From contig LSRY02000051.1 in assembly GCA_001643675.2 (NCBI GenBank), positions 62,001-126,000 of the forward strand: a stretch of DNA of 64,000 nucleotides, in the 5' to 3' direction. How positions within the stretch are numbered: the first letter of the stretch is position 1; each line of letters starts with the position of its first letter. A model generated the notes under the pieces. The model saw nothing but the letters and a program-made list of their open reading frames with translations. It did no database searches and was not told the origin of the DNA. Origin of the DNA: Monocercomonoides exilis PA203 (taxonomy: Eukaryota; Protista; Preaxostyla). Made by a program: the position numbers and the translations under genes. Below are positions 11,371-25,582 of the stretch, one piece after another.

Positions 11371-14300
11371 TCAAGTGGTTGGCTTTATATACAGCTGATT
11401 GAATATTTCCCTTCTTCTTTGCCATTCTACAATATATCAAACAAAAATAATAAACATTAAAATGAAAAAGGTTCAAAAAATCATCTCTTAAAAATTTAAA
11501 AAAATATTTTTTCTCATAAATATCTCCATGCAATATTTAAAAAAAATTTAAAGAAAATCGATACCTTCAACGATGGTGCAGCCATTTCTTGAAGAAAGGT
11601 TCATTAAACCAGATGGCCATCCTTGCACAGAATAAGTTGCGCGTTCTTCAAAATCCGATGAATGAATTATAAAATCTTCTGTCTTGCTTTCTTTATCATC
11701 TTCTTTGAACTTAACATCCTGTTTTTTCGCACTTTCATCCTGAGGCCCGACATTTGTAATTTTTCTTCCATCTTCTGCTCCGAGAATTGTGATCCAACCA
11801 TCGCAATCGCCAACAACAAAATAATCCTCGTTTTCTTGAGGAATAACTGTAATGGATGTAATTTCACTTTCAAAAAGAAGAGGAGATGAAGACGTATCCT
11901 TCGCAGCGCGCAAATATTGCGCAGATTCAGCAGGAAAATGGTTGCAAGGCTCTGTGTGTGCTGCAACCAAAGGAATTGACTGCTCGGGTACTTCAATTGA
12001 GCCATGAAGAAGTTGAGGTTTTGATACCAATGAAGGAGAAGATGAAGAAACAGAATTATTTGGCAAGAGAGATGCTGAATTCTTCTGAAAAGAAGACGAA
12101 GAGGAAGAAATGCCCTTGCTTTTGCAGGAATCATATCTTCTTATTCGGCTCATTGAAGCCGGCCAGAGAGAAATGTCAAATAGCTCCATTCTCAAGTTAA
12201 AATTGGTTGGAGACATTACCAAAAGAGACTGTGAGTATGCAACAAGCATGCGAGTGGCATGGGAGTCTACAGCAACAGCAACAGGAAGCTCTGTGAAATT
12301 AAAGTGTCCAACAAAAACAGACTGGGAAACACTGTAAAGATTCAAGAATGTATGAAGAGGACGCGAAGATGAGGCAGCTGGCTGTGAAGCCGATGAAGGA
12401 GATGAAGAAGGTGTTGCAAAATGAATTGATGGTGCATTCGGAGATAAAGAAATAGAAGGCGAACGTGATGCTGCATACGATGAGCCAAACGAAGAAGATA
12501 GTTTGGGGGTCATTGAAGGAGAAAGCGTTGGGACCAAAGATGAGCCAGAAAGAGATGAAAGTGTTGGAGAAGATGTTGGATTAGAAGTGTTGTTGAAAGG
12601 AGTCAAAGAAGTTGCAGCAGAAGAGGAAGAAGGTGAAATGTCGTCTTTATCAGCCAATGCATGTGCGGATAAAGAAGGCAAAGCTGTGGAAGTCGAATGT
12701 TCATGCGAAGAGCTTTGATTTGCCAACAGTGTTGAAGAAAAAGACGATAGAGGAGAACTCTCTGAAATCGAAGGGGAGAGCAAATGTGATTGTTTTGGTA
12801 ACGACTGATTGCCACTTGCATTTAAACTTTTCTGTTCATCACCTTTTGCTTCGTCTTCATTCTTTTCACAAACAGAATCAAGCGTCGCTTTTCGTGCTTC
12901 CAGTGAATTAAGCGGTGTTGTTGAAGAGGATAAAGACGACGAAGCTGGCATTTTTGGTGTGTTATTGCTTGTCAAAGGAAAAGGATCAACAAATGTCCCT
13001 CCAGGAGTTGTCGGGGTTGGTGGTGGCGGTGAAAATGTGGAAGGGAAAGAAAATGTACGAGGAGAAGAACAGCCAGAAAATGACTGGGGAGAACCAGATG
13101 TGGCTGATGCTGCTCCTAAAAATCCAGAATTCGAAGTTGCACTTAAAAAAAGAGAAGATGAACCAAGTTCTTTTCTTTCGCCTCCTTCCCTTCCGGAAAA
13201 TCCGATGCTGCTGAGCGAGGAAATAGAGGATGAAGGATGGTGCATAGAGGATGCAGCACTCGTTCCATGCAGCCATCCTCTCTGCCGATGGCTCTGCCCA
13301 GCACCACCAGACGATGAAGCACTTGAGTTAACAGCAACAACAGGCGGGTCAGTGTGCGTCTCAAACACCCCTAGCAAATCCAAAACGGGTACATAAAAGA
13401 TCTTTCCAATTGTGGAAGGCTGCAGATCGCTTGGCTTGATAGGCGTGTGCTGCAAAACAAACTGTTGCATCTTTCTTTGACTGAAAGATCGAACTGAATC
13501 GGCGAGATGGACAGAGGCACATGACTCGCTTCCTCTTCGCTCCCGAACGAAATCGCTTCTATTAACAATTGCATTTGGCATTTGATATGGATTGCCATCC
13601 AATCCAACACCTCCTCTTCTTCCCCGTTCGGACTTGCTTGCAGTGGTCTTGGTTTTTTCTTTGGGCTCTGTGGCTATTTGTGTAACAAGTGAAACGAACA
13701 AAGGCGAATCGCACAAGACGTCAAGCAGTTTCATCTGCGTGGATGGGCGTGTTGTCAGAGGCAGGTTCCAAAGCATCATCATTCCATCGCTTGAAACAGA
13801 GCAAATCAGCTCTGGAGGCGTTGAAGTGAAGTTCTTTTGTGAAGAAGTTGTGTAAGTCTCTGAAAGATGAGAAAAAAAGTTTGTTCGCATTGAACTGGAT
13901 AGCGATTTGGATGTGTTTGAAAGTGGATTTGAAGATGAAACAGAAGTTGAATTAAGACCATTTCCAGGTACGTTATCATTTGTCGATGAAAGAAAAGCAG
14001 AAGGCATCAGTCCTTTTTCATTGAAGAGCAGAGAAAGCGGACCAGAAGCACGGGAACAACAGCAGCAGTCAACTACATCGCACTTAAATGAGTGCCCATT
14101 CAGCATTTGCCAATCTGGTTGGACGTCCCGCGCAGCAATAACAATATCTCTATTTGAAGATGAGGAAGGGCGAGACGAAGATACTCCGTTCAAAAGAGAA
14201 TTGCCTAAGTTGAGCCGTAAGTGTTCTATTGACGCATTAAGCATGAATCCTTTGGACATCCCAACAACTGCAATTGTCGGATGCCACAATGGTGACACAC

Positions 14301-17300
14301 ACAAGCAAAGGCATTCAACAGGATCGTCAGAAGCAGGATTAATCCGACGAACTGAACGAGAAGAAGATGATGAAACGAGAGAAGTTGCCGTGAGCGCAAG
14401 TGATTGAGTTTTAGATGATGCAGACGATGCAAAAGGGATAGGAAGAACAAATGAAGGAGAATTGTACAGAGATGAAGAAGTTGAGCAGTAGAAAGAAGGA
14501 GTGGGCAGGAGATGCTTGTCTTCTTTTTTTGATTCATCTTTGTCTGGTGCGAACACTCTGCTTGCAACATTCTTGTATTTGAATGACTGGGATTTCTTCG
14601 ATCTTGATGAAGAAGGCGACGAGGGAGAAAGCGACTCACAGTCTCTAAGATTGCGCTTTCTTCTGTCGTCTGGTTCGTCAACATCTTTTGGGCGGGGCGG
14701 TGTATGAATAAGCATCTCACCAGACTGAAAGTTCCACGTAGACACATTTCCCAGCACATCTGCCACGACCAGCACTCGCTGCAGCCCATCCAGCGCAGCA
14801 CAAACAAGTGGGGGTGCAGTTGGATGAATGGAGAATTTCTTTTCATTATTTCCTGTCTTCACATTCCATACGCAAACCATCCCAGACACATCAATTGAAA
14901 CTATCTGGCAGAACGCTGATGAAAACAGCACACTCAAAATTGGGTGAATATGAGCAGCTGAAAATATCGGGGTAGTTGTGTTGCTTTGAATTTGAGAAAG
15001 ATCTGATGTATTCGACAGAGTTGAAAAGGATTTTAGCGTCTGGCTCAGTTTCGTGCTGTTCTCAAGCAAAAATTTGGTGTTCTCTTTGATCATCAGTTCT
15101 TCATCAGATTGTGTTGGGTATATCGTTTTTGAGAATCCTTTCTTTTTCTTCTTATTCTCCACATAGTTCATTGATTGATATCCGTTTTCTTCAGAAGAAT
15201 AGCCCTGGTCATCTGAATCGTCCACAATTCCTGAATTCCCAATTCCGGTTAGGCTTTTATTTTCTTTCAATCTTTCTTCCTTTTCTTTCTCTTTCTGTGC
15301 ATTCAAATCAGCTGTGATATCCAACTTCCACGCTTTGATTTTATCTCCTGCTGTCAGCAAAATGTGCCTTCTCTCGTCATATGCGACAGCCGTGTACTGG
15401 TTTTGTGGGTAATACTCAGAGTGGTCTACAACTGTTTGCTTTAGCAGAAGAGACTGAAGTGACCACAATTTGATCGTTTTGTCCACAGACACAGTGATTA
15501 GCAGCTGCCGCTGTTCATCCAGAAAACAGCGCTTCACAAAACACGAATGTCCATCCAACGCGAATAGCTGTCTGCCTGTCAAATCATTGTATATAAGAAT
15601 CTGCCCCCTGGTTGTTGTAGCAATGAGCATGCTCTTTGATTTACACACAGCCATGTCTGTAAACCCATGCTTGCTCACAATTCCGTCGCTTGCTTCCAAG
15701 GGCGGCTGCTTCATTCCGCTCAGATGTGAGGGAACATCACGCGATGTTGAATACAACTGTTGCGATGCAAGCATGTTTGTTGTGCCATTCAAATTGCCCT
15801 TCATGGATGAAGATTTTCCGTATGAAATTGTCCCATCAGCTTTTACCTTCATCCGCGACATGATGAAGCGCGAGCGGTCGCATGGATATTCAGTCCAGTC
15901 TGGTTGGTAGTTCTGCTCAAGCGTTACAGTCTTCACCACCTCCCACTGCTTCTTGACCATTTCCACAAAGCACAGCGTCCCGTCCAAAGAGCACGACACA
16001 AACGAATGTGAGGATGTAACTATCATTCTGGTGATCTTACCTGTGTGGAGCTTAAAATGCGAAACAAGCTGGGCAGGTCCTTCGTTCAGAAGCGGGTTGA
16101 ATAAATGACACACTCCTTCGGCATCTCCAGCGAGGACAAGATGTGTGTCAGACATAAAAGAGGTGTCTACTGCTGATGTCACTCCAGACCCAACAGATTT
16201 GGAAGAGGATGAAGATGAGGAGTTCGAGCCATATGCAGAACTGCCACTTCGAAGGCCAGAACGAGACAGACTCGGTGATCTTTTCTGTGTTGCGTATTCG
16301 CCACTTTCTCTTTGGATTATTGAAGAAGGACTTGTCATCCGCTCCATCTCAAAAAAGTTCTTCTTTTGCTCCAGAATCTTCGCAGCCTCGTTCTTCCCCA
16401 TTCCTCGCTCCATTCCAAGAATGATCTCTTCTTTGAACGATACAACACAGTCACTTGGAGCAATAGACAGAGTTGTTATTTGTGCAGATGTAGTCAAACG
16501 GCGCATTTCAGTGAAGTCTGACGAAGAATACGCAATCAGAGCAAATCTGTTTGTCCCCACCAGAACAGCTCCTTCGTTTGGGAGATGCAACGCACATGTT
16601 ATCCAAACGCCACGCTGTGAGTGCCCTTTCGGAAGGAAGTACATCGACTGCATGGAAGAAGTGGACGATAAAGGCAATGGAAGAGATAAAGGAGCTGAAG
16701 AGGAGGAAGAAGGCTGCTTTGTAGGAGAGTGATTGTCCATTGCTCTGACTTTGTCTTCGGGTGTCATTCGCGGAGTGGAAAGTGGGGATGATGTGTTTGC
16801 CGTTGCTGAAGATGATGAGGAGAATGAAGAAGAGGATGAGGGTTCTTTCCCTTCCATTATCGCAAGCGTTTCTAAGAATGCAGACGAATAGCCAAATCCC
16901 TTCTCTTTCCTCTTTCCTCCATATTCATCCAGCGCCAGCTCTGTCGGAGTGTGGTCAAAAACTCCTTTTGAGTCCGATTCCAGCTGCATTCGCCGCCTAA
17001 TTTCCTCAACAAAATCTCTCTTTTTTCCTGTTTCTGAAAATGAGCTTGCATTCTTTGTGCCTTCGCTGCTTTTTTGTGGCTTTGGACGAGATGAATGTTG
17101 GCCTTTTAAGTTTTTCTTCTTCATTCCATCGTCACTTGAGCTGAGTTTGCTGTATTCGTCTGTGTACTCATCTACCTCATCATCGTCTGTGCTGTCGTCG
17201 CTTCCATCGTCTGTGCCATCGTAATCTTCTTCATCGCTTTCCTCGTTCTGTCTGCTGTCTCCAATTGAATCCAGATGCCCTTCCGTTCCATCCTGCTTTA

Positions 17301-20300
17301 GCCCCTTCCGATTTTTCCTCTTTCTTCGTCGATGTTTCCTCCCTTCTGTCCGCTTCATAAAATCAGCTGGCCACACACGCATCGTCGTTGGATGAGAAGA
17401 GGCGAGCCGCAGGCGCTGCTTTTCAGTGAACCGCGATGTGATCTCGACGTCTTCTGGGCGTTCGGGCATGATCAGCCCGCTCTCCTGAAGATTGTGCCTC
17501 TTGTTGTGGTTGCGCGTCATGCTCTTTGTTTGGGCAAGCGATTTGCGTGTGAGCGATGGGAGGGAAGAAGGGATATGCTGCTGGGGCGGCAAAGACGATC
17601 CAGAAAGAGTGTCAAATGAGCTCTTCTTGTCTCTCCCACTCGCTTCTCTGGGTGAAGAAGTGGCTTCTGGCTTGGATGCCCCAAATTGTTTGTTTCTCTC
17701 CTCTTTCTTCTTCAACTCTTCTGCTTCTAACTGCTTTTTTGCAACTTGTGTTGGCAGTTCCTCCAAAAGCCGAGGCTTTCCTTCAATCTTCCTCTCATCC
17801 AATCTTTTGATGAGTCGAGATGGAAGTGTGGCGTTGAAAGAAGGAGAAAGAAGGAGCGACCTCTTTTGCATGTGGAGTGAATGGAGGGAAGGCCGATGGG
17901 TGGCTGAAGAAAATAATCGCGAATGGAGAGAGGAGGGGGAAAGGATAACAAATGATTGAAATATTATGAAAAAAGAGAAAACAAAATCAAATAGATCAGT
18001 CAACGCATAAAAGCGCTTAATCATATTAAAAAGATAAAAGCAAACCTGACAAAAATTCCTCTCTTTCTTCGTTTGAAGGTAACTCAACAGAAAGTGACTG
18101 GCTCAAATTACGAAAAGCTGCAGCAGAAGAAGAAGAAGCATCCGAAGGAAGTTTAAACTGGAAGTCGAGCAGAGAAAGACGAATTTCTTTGTTTTGTGTT
18201 TGTATCCGCCGCGAAAACTGGCTAAGATCTTCAGTTGGAAGAGAAGAAGACAGGTGAAGTGGAGGAACTTGCGGGCGAGAAAGAGAAGATGCTAATGCAG
18301 AAGAAGCTGAGGAAGGAGCATTCGAACGAAATGGAGAAATAGCAAAAGAAGCAGATGATACAATTGATTGAGAGAATGAGTCTGATTTGCGGTGAGATGG
18401 GAAAGTGCTACCAAAATGTGAAGAAGAAGAAGATGATGATGATGATGAAGGGAAAGCATCAGCTGAAGACGAATATGAGGACAGATAAGAAGGTGTGGAG
18501 GATGTTGAAGAAGCAGACATGCGAAGTGACGAAGGAGTTGAAGCAGAAAAAGGATGACGAACAGATTTTTGGGGTGCGAAAGAGAAAGAAGAAGATGATG
18601 ACTGCTGTGGAGAAGCTAAAGGAGAGCATGAAGTGAATGAAATCGAAAGATTTGAAGGCAGATTAGCTTGATGTGAATGTGAATGTGAATTGGAGAGAAA
18701 CGAAAAAGAATGAGGGGTCGACGCAGAGCGTGTGACGGGAGAAGATTGTGAGTATGACAGCGAAGATGAGCTTGCATAGTGAGAAAGCGAGGCAGTCGAA
18801 GCAGAAGGAGAAAGAGGAGAAGGCGAAGAAAAGGAAGAAGAAGCCGCAGAAGTGAATCGCTTTCGCTTTGGAAGAGGGACGTTCTCTTTGATCACCTGAG
18901 GAATGGCTGGGGCAAAGTTTGGATCGACTTTTTCTGATGGAGCAAATGGAGACACGAAAGGGTGGAGAGGAGGCGATGACTGGGAAGAAGGGGTGGAAGT
19001 TGGGTTCTTTTGGGAAGAGCCACGTGGAGTGAAGGAGCAAGGAGACATGAGTGATTGAGAAGAAGGGGTTCCACCTGGCGTCAATGGCTTCTGCTCAATT
19101 TCAATGAAATGAAATGGAAAAAATAAATACATACATAAAAAGTTTTCAGAACTTTTGAAAAAAAAATAAACAAGAATCAAACCATGCTTCTTTTTGAGGA
19201 TGAAGGAGGTGTCAAAATGCTGCGGAATGTTTTTGGTGTTGGTCGAGAAGAGCTTGCAGAAGCGGGCGAAGTTGAAGGCATATGAGAAAGAGCAGATGGA
19301 GAGGCCAATTGATGAGCAGACAGAGCAGGAGAAGAGGAAGGTGAAACGTGAATGCGGAAGGAATCAGCTCCGTCTTCTGAGGCATCTTTCTTTCGAGAAA
19401 TATTCTTCTCGTCTCCGCTGGTGTTCTCTTCGTGTGAGCAAACAGAAACAACATCGCTTCTTTTTCTGCTGTCTGCACTCCTGTTTTTGTGCTCTTCTTC
19501 GCTTTCGTTTTCATCTGCGATCGATGAAAGCGAGAAAGCTTCATGCAACTCGCCATTTTCGTTTTCTTCATTTCCTTTTTCGCTTCTTCTCAAAGTGAAA
19601 TTCGAAGAGAACGAGGAAATAGATTGTGCATCGTCTTCCTCTTTGTTGTGTTTTCGTTGTTTGCTTCTGTTGATTCTCTGTTCTTTTCTTCTTTTTGTGC
19701 TTTTCCCTTCTCTGCTTCTTCTCATTTGCCTTCCTTCTTCTTCGTCTTCATCTTCTTTTCCATTTCCTGTTGAGAAATTGTCAGAATACATCAAATTGCA
19801 TTCACTTTCTTCTCCATCACGCGTCTCTGCCTCTATTTGCAGTTCTTTTTTCTTGTGCCCTTTCATTTTATTCTCTTTGATTTCTTCACTCTGATTCCTC
19901 TTCTTTCCTCTCTTTTCCTCATCCAGTTTCCCTCTCTCCGCCTCTTGCTCCTCGTTTCTTCTTCTTCTTTCTCGTCTGTCTTCACTTCTGACAGCACTCC
20001 TCGACTGTCTCATCTTTTCTCTCGTCTCCTTCACGACATCCCGGCACATCCCATACAACTCTTCCAATTGCTCCTCCCTCTCTTTCTTCTTCCGATCCCA
20101 TAGTCGCAAAAAATGCCTCGTCTGTCGAATGTCCGACGGTTCGAGATCTTCTGCATCGATGTTTGCGACAGTTAGCAAAGACCTGTCAGGAACAAGAAGC
20201 GTCACTTTGATGTCGTGAGTGTCTGCTCGCGCCACAAGAAGTTGGTTGTCTCTTCTGATTATTGGAGAGGGGAAATGTTATTTTCAGCAGATAACGAATA

Positions 20301-21178
20301 GGTCAGATATAAGAAATGTGAACGTGCAAGTTGCTTCATGACGTGAAAAAAATGAAGAGGCATACCCGCAAACAAATATGAAATCATCTGAAGGGATTTT
20401 CCCAGAATGCACTTCTAGCAATTCGATGTTCGTTCTGCGAGACAAGCTCGGAACATTCTCAGCTGGTTGAAAATGATAATCCTAGAAATTGAATAGTTCA
20501 CGAAAATAAATTTAATTTACCATTCAAAAAATAAGTTAATTAATTGTGAATCAGAAATAGACATTTGACTTTGGATGAAAATGTGAAACATTTGCATACT
20601 GTCTTCTCAACTGTGTACCCTGTTGATAGCTGATTCAAAACAAATTCATTAATCTCTGTTTGTTGAATAATTCCTTTTCCATGAGTGTCCATCGAACGGA
20701 ACATCAATCTTAACTTTGATATTGGTGTTGTCACAAAATCAGACATAACGCTGATAAACTTAAATTATTAATAAGTGAGCAAATCAAGAAATCGTTTTTA
20801 AAGGCATTTTCAATTTAATGTGCTCCAAACATTTTCTTCGTCAATTACCCCAGACTGAGATTTTGCAATATTTGATAATTGCTCGGTTAAATCAGCGATT
20901 TCTTCTTTTGAAAGTTCTTCCAAAGAAACTCCAGATGGGTGCCTTTCGATAATGCAAAGTATTTAAAATATTGACACGTGTTATCAAATGCAAACTTGAA
21001 TTTTGGTTTCATCATCTTTGTAAAAACTGACCTTCTTGTTTGAGAAAAGGCACTTTTTTCCTTTGGATTTATAAGAGTTTCCTATGGAATACATTTTTGA
21101 GAATTTGATATTTGAAATGTCTTTTTTGCTAAGCAAACAGGAAAATTTTCTAAAACTTACAAACCTCATTGAAAGCAT
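11371..21178 (-). CDS. Large multi-exon EF-hand + WD40 repeat protein (WDR49/EFCAB8/CFAP337-like) with Ser-rich insertions
   Basis: Consecutive minus-strand ORFs are joined by GT-AG introns. There is an EF-hand-like LMFRSMDTHGKGIIQQTE and WD repeats GHSCFV..VSVDKTIKLW and AHIHPILSVLFSSAFCQIVS..VWNVKTG..DGLQRVLV..WNFQSG. The last exon (phase 1) ends at TGA 11373-11371. Confidence 0.8.
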
Positions 21179-21579
21179 CCAGTTTCATCAGTAAAGCCTT
21201 TGCCTCAGAATCTAAAGTGCTTGTGGTATCTGATAATTGCATTTAAATCATTAAATTTTTTCTATATTATTCAAAAACTGACTTAATTTTTAATCCAACT
21301 GTCAGATAAGTTTTATTCTGGGTGCTGGCACAAAAAAAGAGAGATAAATATTTTGTTGTTTTCAATTACGATTTCATATATTATTCTAATTCGTGTGTTC
21401 GCAATTAAAGTGATATCAAGTGAAGGTTTGAAGAAATCGATAGATGGAATTGAAGGAAATGTTGGAATATATTTGTTTTTAAAAATATTTGAAATGCACA
21501 CGTGTGAAACGCATATACAAAAACAAAGTTAAATGAATGAATCACTTTTATTCTGTTTGGAAATTTTTGTTTATTGATT

Positions 21580-22462
21580 TTAAGAATTGAAAAATTCAAA
21601 TCTCATTTTCTTTTAGATTTCAGCCGATAAAGGAAAGGGAATAACTGATGAAACGTCAATGAAAATGAATTCCACCATGGTATAATGAAGAAAAATATGA
21701 CTGGAAGAAGATAAGTGAATACTAACAGAACAGTACACAACACTATCCCTAGAATCTCTGCAAATTAATTCAATAAAAAAAAGTGCATTTACATATTTAT
21801 TTTTAAAAACAGAATCAAACCATTTGGTGAAGTGTTAATAATAATTGATTCTGGTGGGTTGGCTAGCGTCGCACCTTCATCGTCAATTGAAGATATTTTC
21901 AATGGTACCCAAAGAGCTCTACCATTACACGCAGAGTCAGCATTTGCTGCAAGAAAACGTTGTTCTTTGTTGTTTGACTTTGAAGATTCAATGCAAGAAA
22001 ATTTTATTTCAAGTGCATATTCTCCAAAAACTTTACTTCGAGGAAATCGAAGAATAACTGCCTCGAATCCTGGTTGTAAAATTCGAGCTGCATTAAATAA
22101 AGAAGACATATTTGTACATTTATATTCAATATTTCAAATTATGCAATTGAAGACAAACCAAATTCAGCTGAAGTTTTTTGGCAAAGCACGTCTATCGAGT
22201 TCAATAAATCATTTTTCTTGTGAGATTTTGCTCTAAGAGTTGCCCTGAAGATATCTTTCAGAGTTAATCCTTGTCTTTCTTTCAAAAATTCTGAACAATT
22301 CATCAAATTTTCTGATTTATCCCAAAGAAGAATCTCCAATGCAAATTGTGAAGATTCAGAAATTTGATCGGGGAAATGAACGGGAGTGAACGAATCAGGA
22401 ACATTGAAAGAAGCAGAAACTTCTTTTCCAAAACAACATAAACAAAAAACGAGCAAATACAT
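21580..22462 (-). CDS. Hypothetical type I membrane protein (about 3 exons)
   Basis: The N-terminus MYLLVFCLCCFG is hydrophobic. ORFs 22139-22462 and 21789-22109 precede a spliced last exon from 21757, which gives the TM-like EILGIVLCTVLLVFTYLLPVIFFFIIPWW and ends at TAA 21582-21580. Confidence 0.55.
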
Positions 22463-22544
22463 CTTAAATCATTTTTAACAATTAAATGATGGAACATGAT
22501 CAAACATAAATCACATTAACTCACTTAATTAAAAGGAGTTTTAA

Positions 22545-24290
22545 ATGCAGCCAACAATTGATGATTATAATAAATCTATAAATGTTATTAAAGGACTGAT
22601 GAGCAAGAAAGACAAACTTGAAAAAGAAATATTGGAACTTAGGACTTTTCTTCTTTCTCCTGTATGCACAGATTTTATTTTGCAATTTTAGTCGTTTTTT
22701 TAAAAATATAATTTAAAAAATTCAGGAAGGAAAAGGATTTTCAGGTTATTTGTTTTCACTCCTGTTTATATTTTGTTTAAATACAGTTTTCATATTCATT
22801 GGTCACTTCAAGGAGGCTTAATTGATTCTGAAGGATTTCCTATCGAGGGTGTTGACATATTGAAAATTAGAACGGCAAGAAATCGTCATGCTTGTTTGTC
22901 TAATTTTTTATGAATGTTTCTCCGAAGAATAGTTGTGAATACTTAAAAAATTTAAGGCCTTCAAAATGATCACAAAGATTGCATGAGACAGATCGATATG
23001 GAATTGGAGCGCCATCATCAAATTGTTCGTGATTGTATTGAAACTGGGCTCGTTTTGCCAAAAGCGGATCTTAAATCTGATTCAATTTTTCATCAACATG
23101 AGGAAGAAGCCATTTCGATTTCAGCTCCATCGGAACAAATAACCAAAGATGCAACTTCGAATAAAATGACTTTGGGTGAACTTCCATTTGATAGATTGAG
23201 AAGGTTAGTGAATGAAATGGGTGGTCTTATAAGTGATGATGAAGTTTCAAAAATTGAAGATCCGATGAATAAACTCGGCAATGGATTAGAAACTTCTTTT
23301 TCATCATCATCATCTTCTTCTTCTTCTTCTCTTCTTCCTTCTTCTTCTTATATTTCTTCTTCTTCTTCTTCTTCTTCTTCTTCTTCTTCTTCTTCTTCTT
23401 CTTCTTCTTCTTTGTCGTTATCATCATTTTCATGTACGTGTTCTTCATTAGATGGTAGAGAAAAGGATTTTTCAAATAGATATCAGACATTTTCAGAGCC
23501 TTCACCCGAAGAAATTGAAAAGTTGTTGTTAACAACTTCGCAAAAGCTTTCACGTTTGCAATATTTCGATTATTTTGTTAACCATTCTATAAATGTTACA
23601 ATTATATCTTATAACTTTCGCTGTTGTAAATGTTTTTCTTTCTATCTATCAATTATAATTTTCAATGATTCATGAATTCACATCAATTATCATGCTTCAT
23701 TGTTAAAAAAATCACTTTGTTAAAAATTGGATCAGCTTTTGCTGTGTTTAAAAATGTTTTGGATTCTTCTCCTGCTTTTGTCGATGGAGTGAAAGATGAT
23801 GATGCTGTTGTAGCTTTTCACACTATCTTCAAAGAGTTAGAACAGAATGTGGATGAAGGTTTGTTAATTTCATGCTAGAGTGTTGGGTGAAAGAATTTTG
23901 TAACATTTTCATGAGCGATTATGTGATTATTGTACTGTCTTTCTCTTTTAATTTACACAAATATTTATCTGCTGTTGTTCTGCCTGCTTTTGAAAAATGT
24001 TTTGTTTGTAATATTTCATGTGTAGATGATGACGATGAAAAATTCGAAGAAGAATGCAGGCTTTTGTGCAAGCAGGTCGGCTTACTCGTTGGACAATCAA
24101 AGGGCAAACCGTTAAAAATTGCAGTTTTGAGAAAAGAAGGAGCAGAGATGAAAAACCATGTTTTAACATTAACTCCAAGGAACTGGGAAGGAAAGGGTCT
24201 TTTAGGGTTTGAACGTTACGTGAATAGCAATTTTTTATCATGAAATTTTGTTTTATTTGACACTTTAGTTGTACAATCGAGCCTCTTTGA
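22545..24290 (+). CDS. PSMD9: 26S proteasome assembly chaperone PSMD9/Nas2/p27 (Nas2_N + PDZ), multi-exon
   Basis: The spliced product contains LMSKKDKLEKEI, GLIDSEGFP..VDILKIRTARNR..CLQNDHK, PFAVFKNVLDSSPA and LTLTPRNWEGKGLLGCTIEPL*, all characteristic of Nas2/PSMD9. Confidence 0.92.
23299..23411. repeat. (TCT/TCA)n repeat encoding poly-Ser inside PSMD9
   Basis: Directly visible in the sequence. Confidence 0.9.
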
Positions 24291-25218
24291 AATGGTTTTA
24301 TGCGCATAATGTTGACAATCTTACAAATTAGCAAAATGATTGAATTTTTTGATTCAAATGCTGACTGTTATATTAACTTTATGTTAAAATTTTTTGTGAA
24401 TGTATTTTCTAAAAAGAAAATGCGCAAAAATTTAGTTTTCTTTTTTAAAGTTTCGTGTTTTCCAGTATTATTTTTTTTTTAATTAAATCAACGGAAATGT
24501 ATATTGCTAAAGATTAATAGTATCCGGAAATCATTGATTTCATGATAATGTGTTTTACAAAATAATACTGAATGAAAAATGAAAATAGTTGAAATGAAAG
24601 GTGTGAAATGAATTTTTGAAACAAGTTGGTTTGAAATGTTTATCAATCATGAAATAATCAAGAATAAAAAAAACATTCATATTTGACAAAATTGATGGTT
24701 TTGTGAAACAGTTTATTCGTTGAAAAAAATTTTCAAAATCTTAAAGCATCTAATGAGTGATTGAAAAACAGAGAGAAAAGTACTCAGCAATTGATGTGTG
24801 TGATTTTTCTATTTTGTTGAATTTTTTCTTTCTTTTTTATATTCAAACAAATAATAAATTATTTATTTATTTCTATTTTGAGATATTGTTTTGTTTTAAG
24901 AATTATTTCTTTTCAAAAACCTTATCTGTGTGCATATAAATTGTCGGTTTGAACATTTTAAATATATGGAAATTTATTTGTGGCATCAATTCTTTTTTTT
25001 GAAAAATTAAATTTCTAATATATTTTTCTGTTAGTTTAATTATTCTTTTTATTATTTTTCTTTGTTTGAACATTTCGTTCTCATGAAATTTATACAATCG
25101 AACTATGTATGTAATTGTTGTAAAATTGCTTTATGTATGAGGCATTCAAGAAATATTTGAGAAATGATATGAAAGAAAAAATGTGGATATACCACATAAG
25201 AAAGACAAAAGAACACTC

Positions 25219-25582
25219 TTAGCATCCTCCTGTTTGTTCCACTTCAGCATCAATCATATCTCCATCTTCCATATCGAGTTTCTCTGGAGTGTCAGTTGGA
25301 TTAACACGTGTTCCGTCAAGCATGAATCTTACAGAGCTTGGAATAAGATTTTCTCGTGAGCAATAAGCAGCCATCAATTTCTTCAAAGGTGTGCTTCTTT
25401 TGATTTTAAAGTAAACTTCCTCTAAATTTCAAAATAAAAATAAAAAATATTTTTAATTGAAAATTTGATCATGACAATTATCGAAAATAAGAAAATAAAA
25501 AATATGACAACAAACCTCCAGTTGCACTTCTAACGCGAACATTCAGGTATTCAGTTTTGCTTTTATCTGCTTCTTCTGACAT
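25219..25582 (-). CDS. SUMO: Small ubiquitin-like modifier SUMO (89 aa, 2 exons)
   Basis: Exons are 25582-25516 and 25421-25219, with a 94-nt GT-AG intron. The product is MSEEADKSKTEYLNVRVRSATGEEVYFKIKRSTPLKKLMAAYCSRENLIPSSVRFMLDGTRVNPTDTPEKLDMEDGDMIDAEVEQTGGC*. It is absent from the ORF track. Confidence 0.97.
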
